From Escherichia phage vB_EcoM_fHy-Eco03, in the sequence record MW602648.1: a DNA stretch of 57,011 nucleotides. One strand, given 5' to 3'. A program made the translations under genes and the position numbers. Below are positions 15,177-25,665 of this stretch, in pieces. Positions within the stretch are counted from its first letter, which is position 1; each line of letters begins with the position of its first letter. The notes below the pieces were generated by a model. That model had not been told where the DNA came from, did not search any database, and worked only from the letters and a program-made list of their open reading frames with translations.

Positions 15177-18132
15177 CTTACTCCTGGAAGATGGTACTGA
15201 CCGCAGAGCTAACGTAAAGAGCCTGCTTGAAGGTCACCACCACTTTCTTGCCAATAACACTGGCAAGACAGACGATGCCCAGAAGCAACACTATGTCTTC
15301 AACCCGGAAGGCATAGTGTCAAACAACCGCCATTTTATTGCGCAGACTATGATGGAATATCAACCTAACGGTGATGCACCATCTGAAAGCCAGTCGCTGC
15401 TTATTCTTGGTGAGTTGCATGCTTACATGGCAACTAAAAAACCTGAGTACCTGCAAATGGCCGTAAAGTACTTTGACGCTTATGTCAAGTATTATTACGA
15501 GGGTGACCCGATTCCTGAGACACCTAAACGCTGGATTGCTAACTGGCTTTGCAACGGCAAAGAGCCAGTGCTGGCTAATTTTCCTATCAACCCTAACCAA
15601 CCCACACAAGGCGGATATAAATGCGTTCCGCTGAAGTTTGTGAATGGTAAGGCGCAGATTCCGCAGGGCGCTCCGCTCTGGGGTGAGTACCTGGACGTTG
15701 CTACCTGGGCACACCGCGGTCACATGGCATGGCCAGCTATTAACGGCGATGTACGAGCTATTAAAGATGCTATCAACTGGGACGACATCTATAATAACTA
15801 TCGTATCACAACTATGCCTGCTGAACCGTGGAGTCAGACTGCCTGGGTCGACTGGCAGCGCTATCTTGGTAAACCGTCGTACACAGTTGACTGGTATACG
15901 GATGACCCTAACCAACAGCTGGTAGAATACCTGGTAGCCTGGACCAACAATAAGATTGGCGTTAAGCCCGGCGAAAACGACTCTTTGTGGGGTGGTGACA
16001 TACTGGAGACAGGTCTGCCTGATTCACGCCGTGGCGAGATTCAGCTTCGCGACCATACTGTCAACGGTGTTTACCTGATGAACTACGCTGTGAAGCTGCC
16101 AGTAGAGCACGGCGGTTATATGCTGCAGCGTAACGAAGTATGGCACAACCGTCCCGTTAACGTACCGCTTTACGGTGATAAGCAACGTGGTAATGCTGCT
16201 GACGCCGAGCTCTGGTTCTGTGACGCTTGCTATATGCTATGGCGTGTAACTGGAGAACAACGTTACTATAACGCATGGCAGGCTGTGTTATTTACTCTGG
16301 AAGAATATCTTGATATTGACAGTCAAGACCAATTCTTCCGTAAAAGTTCACAGGCTTCGTCACCGTTTACTGACGGCATCTCTTACGACTGGGCTTATCC
16401 GGAAGAAGCTCGTGCTACTTATTCGCGCGACGCTGACGGCTACATTAACCTGCGACAAAATACTGCAGGCGCTCAATCATCGTTAGAGCAACAATCTGTT
16501 TGGTTCAAAGTCAAACCAACGGCTAAAATCAGAACTGAAGCAGGCGGCAAGGACGACGCAGGCGGTAACATCAACGTTAAGGTTGAAATGTACATGAACC
16601 GCGAGAAGGTTGATGTAGATGAAAACATTGTTGACTTTGTTGCACAGTTGCCACCGCTTGCGGCTACTCCGGCTAATTACTATATTGCGCTTAGTGATTT
16701 CGTTGCTGCTCAAAAGTCTGATGGTTCTGACTATATTCTTGCTGATTTACGGTCTGTTACTAACTATGGTAACTGCGTTATTACACAAGAATACAGAACT
16801 GATATTCTGGATGGGCGTCGCGGTAATACGATTAAGTTTAATATTCCAGACAGTGCCTCAGGGGGTATTGTCGGGTTCTGGTTACTTGATACAGGCGTGT
16901 CACCACTTACGTTGCTGACCTATACATCCAGCGGTAACTTGCTGCTTAAAGTTACTGATAACGAAAACTGGCGCTGGGAGTTAACTCTGCCTGCATCTGC
17001 TGGATGGACTACTAAGGCAATCAACCGTGGTGACTTCGTACTGTCGTCATGGCAAGAAAACACCGGCACTAAACCATCTTCACCTACCTGGACCGCTATT
17101 AACCAGTTCCAGTTGGTGTTACCTGATGACGCAAATGCAGGTGTTAACTTCAGTTACTACTGCGTTAATGATGTTCCGCCACGCTTTAACTGGGATGTGT
17201 CTTACACAATCCGTTATCGCCTGACGTTCAGTGCTAACTCAACTTATACCGTTAAGCTGGGTGACTGTACTGTTATTGGATACGAGCCTAACAACCTGGC
17301 CTATACGCCGGGTGTTGTACCGTTCTCCAACATCTATAACACTGAGTCTCAGCAGTTTGATGGCTGGCACGGTATGCCTTACCCAGGTTATCAGTATCCG
17401 TTTATCTTTACCCACGATGATTCTGCGCTAGGTGCATCGCGTATGAATAACATGGTCGACTTCTTATACGACTCTCAGCAGTGGTACTACAGACGATTCG
17501 GTCAGCTAGGTCCAGGTGCTTCTGCTTATATCTGGAACCGTTGGGATAACTTTAAATACGGTGTTGCTGATACCTTTACCATGTATCACTGGGGCAACGG
17601 TTCAGCCTGGTCAGGTTATCAGCCTCGTGCTTACTTCGGTGCAGCTCGTGCCTGGTATGAGCTGGTTAACCGTGGTAAGACTCCACCAGCACATCTGGTT
17701 GCTTACGTAAACAACTGGACTACTTGGTTGCTCAAGTTTATGCAGAATTCAGGCGGTGTGTCACCGACTAACTTCCCGCAGGAAGGTACGCCGCTGCCGG
17801 ACCCTACTGATTTCACCGGACACATGTGCGGTCTGTGGTTAGCAGGTGCCGCTATGACCGCCCTTTGTGGGTCAGCAGTAAGTCAACAAGCTGAGCAACT
17901 CATGGAGCTGTTGGTCAATGAACTGGAAACTCATTACGATATAACCGGAGTACCAGGTCACGTAATGGATGGTGGATGGTCACCAGCGTTGCGTCTGAGT
18001 ACTGGTAGCGGGCCAGAAAATAACGGCATGTACTTTGGCTTTTACTCTGGTGAAATTCTACGTGGTCTGGGTCTGTATCTGTTGTATCAACAAAAAGGGC
18101 CAAAAGGCGATATTTACGATATGAGCAAGTAA
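15169..18132 (+). CDS. Large structural-module protein of unknown function (987 aa)
   Basis: Largest ORF in the genome, between neck and tail-sheath genes; Trp/Tyr-rich; no motif recognised. Confidence 0.55.
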   Translation: MHNLLLEDGTDRRANVKSLLEGHHHFLANNTGKTDDAQKQHYVFNPEGIVSNNRHFIAQTMMEYQPNGDAPSESQSLLILGELHAYMATKKPEYLQMAVKYFDAYVKYYYEGDPIPETPKRWIANWLCNGKEPVLANFPINPNQPTQGGYKCVPLKFVNGKAQIPQGAPLWGEYLDVATWAHRGHMAWPAINGDVRAIKDAINWDDIYNNYRITTMPAEPWSQTAWVDWQRYLGKPSYTVDWYTDDPNQQLVEYLVAWTNNKIGVKPGENDSLWGGDILETGLPDSRRGEIQLRDHTVNGVYLMNYAVKLPVEHGGYMLQRNEVWHNRPVNVPLYGDKQRGNAADAELWFCDACYMLWRVTGEQRYYNAWQAVLFTLEEYLDIDSQDQFFRKSSQASSPFTDGISYDWAYPEEARATYSRDADGYINLRQNTAGAQSSLEQQSVWFKVKPTAKIRTEAGGKDDAGGNINVKVEMYMNREKVDVDENIVDFVAQLPPLAATPANYYIALSDFVAAQKSDGSDYILADLRSVTNYGNCVITQEYRTDILDGRRGNTIKFNIPDSASGGIVGFWLLDTGVSPLTLLTYTSSGNLLLKVTDNENWRWELTLPASAGWTTKAINRGDFVLSSWQENTGTKPSSPTWTAINQFQLVLPDDANAGVNFSYYCVNDVPPRFNWDVSYTIRYRLTFSANSTYTVKLGDCTVIGYEPNNLAYTPGVVPFSNIYNTESQQFDGWHGMPYPGYQYPFIFTHDDSALGASRMNNMVDFLYDSQQWYYRRFGQLGPGASAYIWNRWDNFKYGVADTFTMYHWGNGSAWSGYQPRAYFGAARAWYELVNRGKTPPAHLVAYVNNWTTWLLKFMQNSGGVSPTNFPQEGTPLPDPTDFTGHMCGLWLAGAAMTALCGSAVSQQAEQLMELLVNELETHYDITGVPGHVMDGGWSPALRLSTGSGPENNGMYFGFYSGEILRGLGLYLLYQQKGPKGDIYDMSK

Positions 18133-18137
18133 TCGTA

Positions 18138-18166
18138 TTTACTTAACCAAAAGTGCCTGCTATAAT
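18138..18166 (+). promoter_or_regulatory. Candidate promoter with extended -10 (TTTACT-N17-TGcTATAAT), overlapping a hairpin
   Basis: TATAAT 18161..18166 lies in the loop of a perfect 8-bp hairpin GTGCCTGC / GCAGGCAC (18153..18177). Confidence 0.35.
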
Positions 18167-18198
18167 ACTGCAGGCACGCAACCATGTTGGAGATAATC

Positions 18199-18630
18199 AT
18201 GGCAGAAGAAGCAAAGCTGAATGGTACAGCTATTGAAGTACCATATCCCGTACCAAAGGACCCGGTTCCTGACTACCGTCAAGAGTCGCCTGTTATTCAG
18301 GACGGTCCGGCACGTGGTAAAATCAATGTGGACTACCAGGGCAAATACGTTCCTGACGTTATCCATGTTGACGGCGTTACTGTTACGCCAAAAAGCAAAA
18401 CTCTGACCGTTGGTGATACCTACCAAATTGAGTCTGTCGTCACACCTGACGATGCTACTGATAAGTCAGTGACTTATAGCTCAAGCAACGACAATGTGAC
18501 TGTTGACTCAAAAGGTAAGTGCACCGCTGCTAAAGCTGGTACCGCTACCGTTACAGTTAAAACCAACGACGGCGGCAAAACTGCAACTGTTGCGTTCACT
18601 GTTAACGAGCCTGCAGATTCAGTTTTTTAA
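18199..18630 (+). CDS. Ig-like (Big_2-type) domain protein
   Basis: One copy of the Ig-like repeat VTPDDATDKSVTYSSSNDNVTVDSKGK...TATVTVKTNDGG; GGAG Shine-Dalgarno 6 nt before the ATG at 18199. Confidence 0.5.
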   Translation: MAEEAKLNGTAIEVPYPVPKDPVPDYRQESPVIQDGPARGKINVDYQGKYVPDVIHVDGVTVTPKSKTLTVGDTYQIESVVTPDDATDKSVTYSSSNDNVTVDSKGKCTAAKAGTATVTVKTNDGGKTATVAFTVNEPADSVF

Positions 18631-18660
18631 TACTCTAGGGCTTCGGCCCCATTTCGTTAG

Positions 18661-20787
18661 GTGCTAACAATGGGCTTACCTTTAAAAGAAATAGTTAACG
18701 TCCAGATTGGCGTTAGCAGCGGTGGTCCAGGCATACCTGAAGATGTACCAGTCAGAGGTATTGGCCTGTCCAAATACTTTTGGGAAATGCGTGTCAATGC
18801 AACTGACAGGCTATACCCAATGTTCAACCCAACAAACTCGCTAGACCGCAAAGTTTACTGGACCGAAGATTCAGACGGTAAAATAGTTACTGTTGATGAT
18901 GACGGTAGGGTGACAGGTCGTGGAATCGGTCAGGCTTACGTTACGTGTGTTACGGAAGACGGTGCTTATCGCGCTACCTGTTTGTATAATATACTGCGCG
19001 CTCTTATACTTGTTACGAGCATTGAATTAGATGCGTATGCAAAGACTATTGAAGAGGGCCAGTCATTTCAGCTTAACGCTACGGTGTTACCTGAGAATGC
19101 AGATGATAAAACTCTTCGCTGGGCTTCAGACAATCCTGACGTGGCTACTGTAAGTAACTCAGGTTTGGTAATAGCGCTTAAAGCAGGTACAGCTAATATA
19201 ACTGCTACCAACAACGTTGTTTCAAATCCCTGTATTGTAACTGTTACACCGCCAGTTATTCACGTCACAGGCATTACGCTTGACGAGAATTCAATAAACC
19301 ATGTTAAAGGCGATACCAAGCAGCTTGAAGCATACGTAGTACCCACAAACGCGACTAACAAAGCTGTTAGCTGGTCTTCCAGCGATACCAGCATTGCTAC
19401 GGTAGATGATACCGGGTTGGTAACATGTGTTGATGTAGGTACTGCCACAATTACCGCTAAGACGGTAGATGGCGGCTATGACGCTACATGCTCAGTTAAA
19501 GTTATACCGGCTATCGTTCGTGTAACAGGTGTTACACTCGACCAGGATGGTCCTCTCGACCTTGAGATTAATGACACGCAACAACTGTCTGCTACTGTTA
19601 CGCCTGACGACGCTACCGACAAGACTGTTGTATGGGACACAACTGACGCCAATGTTCTTATTGTGTCTGCTGAAGGCCTTGTCACCTGTGTTGGTGAAGG
19701 TATAGCAAGCATTACCGTTACTACCAATGACGGCGGCTTCACAGACAGTGTTGAGATTAAAGTTACTAATCCTAACATTGCTGTAACGGGTGTTGCATGG
19801 GCTACTAACTCTCCGACTAAAGTAAGTATCGGCCATCAGGTGCAAACCAAAATTGTTATAACACCCGACAACGCAACCAATAAAAAAGTAAGTTACAATA
19901 GCTCAAACCCAGACGCTGTTACTGTTGACACTAACGGAGTTATATATGGTCAATCTCCTGGAACTTCGACTATTACAGTTACAACAGACGACGGTGGACT
20001 TGAGGCTTCATTTGTAGCGGCTTGCACGGAGGTGGCTGTTATTACACCAGATGGTCTTGGTGGTATTCCAATTGGTGGTACTCAGCAGTTCACTTATACT
20101 GTTAGCCCGTCTGACGCTGAGCTGACTAATATTCGTTATGAGTCTGCTGACCCAGCTATTGCAACTGTTGATTCGTCTGGCGTTGTAACTGGTGTTGCTA
20201 GCGGCGGATGTAACATCTGGATTTACGCAACTAGTAATGGCGCTGACATTAGTGCAGCTACTTGGGCACAAATTTCTGAGAAGGTACAGGTATACCCTCA
20301 GTATGCCGAATGGCTTGTGGGTAACACCAAACAGCTTGATGTTGAGATTTATCCGTCTGACTCTAAGAGCGTTACCGTTACTTATGAATCGTCAGATGAC
20401 ACTATCATTAGTGTAGATGCAAATGGCTTGATGACTGCTAAGTCTGAAGGTTCAGCAACTATTACTGCTAACGTTGTGATGAACGGTGTTGCTGCTTCTG
20501 GTACAACATCTCCTTACGTGTCTGAGCTTTCTGTTACTACTGATTCACTGCCTGCACTTATTGTTGGCAACACGCAGCAACTGGTTGTAACTGTTAGACC
20601 TGAATACGCTAAGACAGACCCAGACTATAACATTCAGTATACAACTACAGACGATACTGTCGCTACTGTAAGTAATACCGGTGTTATTACTGGCGTTGGT
20701 AGTGGTGGATGTCGTATCGGCGCCACAGTAACTGTGAGAAATGCTACATCGTCGGACAGCTCTTATCAGTCCGTCAATGCGGCATAA
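18661..20787 (+). CDS. Multi-Ig-like (Big_2-type) domain protein, fiber or decoration candidate
   Basis: 708 aa with about 8 tandem divergent copies of the motif V.P..ATDK.V.W.SS.......VD..G.VT....GTATIT..T.DGG. Confidence 0.6.
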   Translation: MLTMGLPLKEIVNVQIGVSSGGPGIPEDVPVRGIGLSKYFWEMRVNATDRLYPMFNPTNSLDRKVYWTEDSDGKIVTVDDDGRVTGRGIGQAYVTCVTEDGAYRATCLYNILRALILVTSIELDAYAKTIEEGQSFQLNATVLPENADDKTLRWASDNPDVATVSNSGLVIALKAGTANITATNNVVSNPCIVTVTPPVIHVTGITLDENSINHVKGDTKQLEAYVVPTNATNKAVSWSSSDTSIATVDDTGLVTCVDVGTATITAKTVDGGYDATCSVKVIPAIVRVTGVTLDQDGPLDLEINDTQQLSATVTPDDATDKTVVWDTTDANVLIVSAEGLVTCVGEGIASITVTTNDGGFTDSVEIKVTNPNIAVTGVAWATNSPTKVSIGHQVQTKIVITPDNATNKKVSYNSSNPDAVTVDTNGVIYGQSPGTSTITVTTDDGGLEASFVAACTEVAVITPDGLGGIPIGGTQQFTYTVSPSDAELTNIRYESADPAIATVDSSGVVTGVASGGCNIWIYATSNGADISAATWAQISEKVQVYPQYAEWLVGNTKQLDVEIYPSDSKSVTVTYESSDDTIISVDANGLMTAKSEGSATITANVVMNGVAASGTTSPYVSELSVTTDSLPALIVGNTQQLVVTVRPEYAKTDPDYNIQYTTTDDTVATVSNTGVITGVGSGGCRIGATVTVRNATSSDSSYQSVNAA

Positions 20788-20849
20788 AAATTAATTAACT
20801 AATTACTGGCCATTTACTTGTTTAAGTTTACCGGGTATAATGGCCAGGA

Positions 20850-22007
20850 ATGTCCACAAGAGGATGGCCCGAAATGACGTTAAGTGTAAATAATGTTGTT
20901 AACGTCCAGCTCAATAACATCGCGACTGGCATCCGGAAAGGCGACTTCGGTAAGCTGGCATTTCTGACTCAGGATGCTGGTACCGCTTTCCCGGACACCT
21001 CAACGCCGAAGTATGTTGAGATTGGTACTATTGACGACGTGAAAGATTTATGGGGTACTGGTTCTGTAGTTTACCAGGCTGCTCAGGTATTCTTTGCACA
21101 GTCGCCTAAACCGAAGTCGTTTGTTGTTGGCTTTTGGGATAGCGAAGGTACTCTTACCGATGCTATTGCCAACCTGAACGACATTTATCCGAACTGGTAT
21201 GTTATGCGCCCGCTGCCGCCTACTGGTGTACTGACAGAAGCTCAAATCATTGAGCTGTCCACAGCCGTAGCGGCGTATGACAAAAAACGTTGTTCCTATA
21301 CAACGTCTGTTGCCACGCATATCGAAGCAGGTGATACTAACCCGCTGAAAGATTTGGCCGGTAAAGCTTTCAACAACATGTGGCTACAGTACGATAAGCA
21401 GAACCAGAGGTATGCTGACGTGTCCGCAATGGCGCGTGCTCTGTCTGTAAACTTCTCTGGTAACCGTACTACGATTACTATGAAGTTCAAACAAGAGCCA
21501 GGTATCTCGCCTAACGATAACTTGACGCTGACTGAAGCGAACAAGTGTAAGGCGCTTGGTATTAACTATTACACATATTACAGCACTTTTGCAATGATTG
21601 CGGAAGGTACTGTATTCGGTACTGACCAGCGTTTCTGGGATGAAATTCACGGGCTCGACTGGTTCTGTAATGCCGTGCAGACTTATGTCTTCAATGCGTT
21701 GGCGCAGTCTCCGACTAAAGTTCCTCAGACCAACAAAGGTAATGAGAAGCTGGTTGGTGCAGCAGCTGTTGCGTGTCAAGAAGCTGTCGATAACGGTTTT
21801 ATCGCGCCAGGCGTTTGGTACGGCGACGAGTTCGGTGAGCTTGCTTATGGCGACCGTCTGGAAACTGGTTTCTACATCTACATGCCGGATGTTGATACTC
21901 AGGACCAGGTAGACCGCGAAGCGCGTAAAGCAACTGTTATGCAGATTGCTATCAAACTGGCCGGCGCTATTCACTCTGCCGATATTATTATCAACTTTAC
22001 TCGCTAA
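20850..22007 (+). CDS. Putative tail sheath protein
   Basis: 385-aa ORF directly upstream of the tube, chaperone and tape-measure genes. Confidence 0.5.
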   Translation: MSTRGWPEMTLSVNNVVNVQLNNIATGIRKGDFGKLAFLTQDAGTAFPDTSTPKYVEIGTIDDVKDLWGTGSVVYQAAQVFFAQSPKPKSFVVGFWDSEGTLTDAIANLNDIYPNWYVMRPLPPTGVLTEAQIIELSTAVAAYDKKRCSYTTSVATHIEAGDTNPLKDLAGKAFNNMWLQYDKQNQRYADVSAMARALSVNFSGNRTTITMKFKQEPGISPNDNLTLTEANKCKALGINYYTYYSTFAMIAEGTVFGTDQRFWDEIHGLDWFCNAVQTYVFNALAQSPTKVPQTNKGNEKLVGAAAVACQEAVDNGFIAPGVWYGDEFGELAYGDRLETGFYIYMPDVDTQDQVDREARKATVMQIAIKLAGAIHSADIIINFTR

Positions 22008-22018
22008 GGAGTTAATCA

Positions 22019-22450
22019 ATGATTATCGATTCTTCCGAATGCGTGTTAAGCCTGAATAGTGTTCAGCTCAGTGACTGGGCTGACGGCACAGATGTTATCA
22101 ACGTTGAATGGGTTGACCCTGCGTCAACCTACCTCGCTGGTGCTGACGGCAAAGGTATTCAGATTCTTAACCCGTCGAAAGCGGTGCGTCTGACTGTTAA
22201 GGTTAAATCAAGCGGTCCTGACGCCAAGTACCTGAACGACCAGTACAACCTCCAGCGCAATAACATTCGTGGGTTTACCCCGTTTGTTCTGCAAGCCAAA
22301 GACCTGTTGAACCAGGATTTGGCCTGGGGTAAGAAAGGCTACTTTACCGACGGTACTCCTTGGACCCGTGGTAACGGCCATAACCCGGCGCAGTTCTCCA
22401 TCGTCTTCCATGACGGCGGTATGACACTGACTGAAGGCTTTGACAACTAA
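22019..22450 (+). CDS. Putative tail tube protein
   Basis: 143-aa ORF between the sheath and chaperone genes. Confidence 0.5.
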   Translation: MIIDSSECVLSLNSVQLSDWADGTDVINVEWVDPASTYLAGADGKGIQILNPSKAVRLTVKVKSSGPDAKYLNDQYNLQRNNIRGFTPFVLQAKDLLNQDLAWGKKGYFTDGTPWTRGNGHNPAQFSIVFHDGGMTLTEGFDN

Positions 22451-22468
22451 TAACAGGTAGATAGAAAT

Positions 22469-22927
22469 ATGAGTGAGCCCTCTACTTTTGAAATTGTTTC
22501 TGATGATGGTACAGGTACCGTTATCGAGTATCGCATGACACTCGCAAATGCTCTGCAATCCTGGGGTGCGCTTAAAAAAGCCGGTAAACTCCTTAAAGGT
22601 ATTGGTAGTGCCGATATTGTTGGTGCCGAAAATAAAATCGATAAGTCCAAAGCTATCTTGGCACTTGTCGAAGCGCTGCTTGAAAACGCGTCTTCTCCTG
22701 AGTTTACTGAAATTGAAAAGCTGATTTTTAACAACACCATTGTAGTTGAAAACGGTGACGCTAAGAAGCTACCCACAATTCAGGACCGCCACTTTAATGC
22801 TAACCGCTCGCACATTCTCCCTGTGCTGCAGAAAGGTTTAGTGTTCCAGTTCGGTGGTTTTTTCTCAGGGAATGGCCTGTCAGGAATAGCGGGTCTGGCC
22901 ATTCTCGCGACGTCAGGGAAAAGCTAA
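22469..22927 (+). CDS. Tail assembly chaperone (0-frame product)
   Basis: 152-aa ORF immediately upstream of the tape measure gene; contains the slippery heptamer T_TTT_TTC at 22858..22864. Confidence 0.6.
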   Translation: MSEPSTFEIVSDDGTGTVIEYRMTLANALQSWGALKKAGKLLKGIGSADIVGAENKIDKSKAILALVEALLENASSPEFTEIEKLIFNNTIVVENGDAKKLPTIQDRHFNANRSHILPVLQKGLVFQFGGFFSGNGLSGIAGLAILATSGKS

Positions 22928-23097
22928 AGCAGGACCTTGAACAAGGTACTGACTGGTTTATATGGCTGCCAATCCTCGAGGGTAAAGTTACCCTCGGGGA
23001 GTTAAAGCGCGACTATACTCTAGACGACTTATGCGACCTGCATTTTGCCATGTTCGACTTCGAGGAGCTAAAAGACAATGGCGACAATAATCGATAG
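22858..23097 (+). other. Programmed -1 frameshift site and extension of the tail chaperone
   Basis: 0-frame codons GGT TTT TTC give heptamer T TTT TTC (22858..22864). The -1 frame is open from there to TAG at 23095..23097 (...REKLKQDLEQGTDWFIWLPILEGKVTLGELKRDYTLDDLCDLHFAMFDFEELKDNGDNNR), overlapping the tape-measure start. Confidence 0.6.
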
Positions 23098-24769
23098 CTT
23101 CTTGGTAACGCTGGACAGTAAGGCAGACACTTCTGGTTTCGATTTATTCGAATCTCTCTCTAAGCGACTTGTCGTTACTCTTGGTGATGTTATTAACATT
23201 GCGGAGCGTGGCGCCAAAGCGCTTGGGGACCTTTTCAAGCCAGCTCTCGAAGCAGACGTTATAGCTGCTAAGATTCAAGGCTTCGGCTACGACGTACAAG
23301 ACACCTGGCAAAAGCTTTTGGATATGTCCATTAAAATGGGCACACCATTCCAGGAAGCACTTGACGGCTTTACCAAGCTGAAAGCCTACGGCGTAGAACC
23401 ACTCAATGAGTCTCTTAACGCCGGTCTACAAACTCTTAAAACGATTACTGCCGCTACTGGTGGTGACCTTAGACGAAGCATTGTTGCGTTCGGTCAGGCC
23501 ATGGCGATGGGCTCATTACAGGGCCAGGAAAAGAACCAGTTCATCAACGCCGGTGTTGACATCTGGGGTGCGTTAAAGCGTTACACTGGTAAGCAGCTCG
23601 GTGAGCTTCAGGATATGATGCGGCAGAAACAAATCACCGCAGATATTCTGTCAAAAGCTCTTCAAAAAGAAGCTGAACGACTTGCACCAATTGCTAACAA
23701 GGTTGCGCATACCTTAAAGGCTCAGCTTACTAACTTGCAGACAATCTGGTATAACGCCAGGGCAAGCTTTGCTAAAACGCGTTTGTGGCAGGAGTTAACC
23801 AATGGCGCTATTGTCATGGTTAAGACTCTTACTGATGCTCTGAACAATAAAACCATTCAAAATGCTTTCCAGCGTTTTGATGATTTAGTATTTAATACGA
23901 TACAAAATATTAAGCAGTTGTACACTGCGGTAACTGACAACTTCCCGGCGATGGTAGCCATAGGTTCCCTCGCTTTGTGGGCATTTATTCCTGTGCTCAC
24001 TAAATGGGTAACAGCAATTATAACCCAGATGGCGCGTCTTGCTGTTGCGCTGGCTACTAACCCAGTGTATCTAATGGTTGCCGCTATTGCTGCACTAGTA
24101 GCTGTACTCATTGATTTAGATGATGCTGCTGCAGGTCGTGAAACCGTTGTTAAATGGTCGAAAGATGCAGTAGACGGCTGGAAGCTCGTCAAGCAGTACA
24201 TCGTTATTATTGCTGATGCTATCAAGTCCATTTTTGATGGAAGAGCATGGGATGCTTTGTCAAACTGGTGGGACAGATTTATGGTCAAAGTTAAAGCTGG
24301 TATTGATAGCATAAAACTTTGGCTAACAGAAGCTATCTCCAAGCTGCCCGGTGGTAAGTATCTGATACGAGCTATCGGTGGCGATAACATGTTTGACTAT
24401 ACCGACCGCAAGCTTGCAGAAGCGCGTAACAGACTTGCTACTCAGGGAGGAAGTGACCAGAACGGTCCAAGTCTGCTGGATAACCTGTGGAGCTTTGGTT
24501 CACGGTTCAACCCTATCTGGGGTGACCTGTCAGCTGGCGGCCAAGGTATGAACGCAGCACTGGCGCAAGCTGCTGCCAACAGGGCCAATAGCCATGGCGG
24601 CGGTACGACTATCATTAACAATGATAACTCAGCTGTTGTTAACGCAACTGTTACTGAGGCACAAGATGCTAAGGCGACGGGCAAAGAGATTACGCAACAA
24701 GTTAAAGACCACCAGGCGGCGGCTAATGCTGTTGCCCAGTCAAATGCTAAAACGGCGGTTAAACAATGA
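23078..24769 (+). CDS. Tail tape measure protein
   Basis: 563 aa, alpha-helical and Ala/Gln-rich with a central hydrophobic segment; follows the chaperone frameshift pair. Confidence 0.7.
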   Translation: MATIIDSFLVTLDSKADTSGFDLFESLSKRLVVTLGDVINIAERGAKALGDLFKPALEADVIAAKIQGFGYDVQDTWQKLLDMSIKMGTPFQEALDGFTKLKAYGVEPLNESLNAGLQTLKTITAATGGDLRRSIVAFGQAMAMGSLQGQEKNQFINAGVDIWGALKRYTGKQLGELQDMMRQKQITADILSKALQKEAERLAPIANKVAHTLKAQLTNLQTIWYNARASFAKTRLWQELTNGAIVMVKTLTDALNNKTIQNAFQRFDDLVFNTIQNIKQLYTAVTDNFPAMVAIGSLALWAFIPVLTKWVTAIITQMARLAVALATNPVYLMVAAIAALVAVLIDLDDAAAGRETVVKWSKDAVDGWKLVKQYIVIIADAIKSIFDGRAWDALSNWWDRFMVKVKAGIDSIKLWLTEAISKLPGGKYLIRAIGGDNMFDYTDRKLAEARNRLATQGGSDQNGPSLLDNLWSFGSRFNPIWGDLSAGGQGMNAALAQAAANRANSHGGGTTIINNDNSAVVNATVTEAQDAKATGKEITQQVKDHQAAANAVAQSNAKTAVKQ

Positions 24770-25665
24770 GTGATATTCTTGCAGGTGCGCTTGATACTGC
24801 TCAAGGTTATTATGACGATGCAAAGAACCGTCTCTTCGGGGACGGTACTACCACTCTGCGCTTCCGCAACTGCGGAGGCGTTGTACTGGACGCAGTTACC
24901 AGCGAGGACCATGAGTCTGAGTTGACGATTGCAGACAATACATTAGAGACCGGTGCAAAGGCTTCTGACCACGCAGCACTCGAGCCGAAAGTAATTAGTG
25001 TAACCGGCACTGTAGTCGGTTACGATAATACGTCCGTACAAGAGGACTTTATCTCGGATATTACAGGTCTGAGAAGTACAGACTTCCTTGATAACCTTGG
25101 GCTGCCATCTGCGATGTCTACTGTAATAGATAAGACTCGAGATATGGTAGTTAATAAGTTAGCTACCTTTATAGACTGGGGCGCACTAGACGCTGCTATA
25201 TCTTCGTCCTTAGTTCCCTGGTTGCCGGACTTTAGTATCGCCGAGGAATTGAAGACCTCGGATAACATGCGTATTGAACAGATGTACCGTAACTTCCTCG
25301 ACTTCCAAAAGAATGTCGTATTCTGTACGGTTGACACGGGCATCTTCCAGTATGAAAACATGTTGCTTCAGTCTGTACGTGTAAGACAACAAAAAGATGG
25401 TTCTGCCGAATTTACTTTGCGATTCCGTGAAGTTATCGAAGTACCAATCACAGTTACAAACGCTGTTGCTTCTAAGTCGACAGGTCGACCAGGTAACAAC
25501 GGTACGAAGAAGAGTGGTCGTGCAGCCAGCCAGGGTGATGCAACAAAGAACAAGAACATTAACAACGCAACGTCTATCAAAGACAAAAAGGTCAATGACA
25601 ACCGCGGCGTAGGTGTTACACTTGGTGATATGCTGGGTGTTAACTTGAGAGGTTTCTTCGGATGA
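24766..25665 (+). CDS. Tail/baseplate assembly protein
   Basis: 299-aa ORF after the tape measure gene. Confidence 0.35.
   Translation: MSDILAGALDTAQGYYDDAKNRLFGDGTTTLRFRNCGGVVLDAVTSEDHESELTIADNTLETGAKASDHAALEPKVISVTGTVVGYDNTSVQEDFISDITGLRSTDFLDNLGLPSAMSTVIDKTRDMVVNKLATFIDWGALDAAISSSLVPWLPDFSIAEELKTSDNMRIEQMYRNFLDFQKNVVFCTVDTGIFQYENMLLQSVRVRQQKDGSAEFTLRFREVIEVPITVTNAVASKSTGRPGNNGTKKSGRAASQGDATKNKNINNATSIKDKKVNDNRGVGVTLGDMLGVNLRGFFG

Noticed and set aside
15319-15915. Long antisense ORFs inside large genes (15319..15915, 21384..22019, 23857..24390, 24442..24912, 11369..11842, 37190..37753 and similar)
   Set aside because: They lie wholly within strongly supported genes on the other strand and are typical shadow ORFs.
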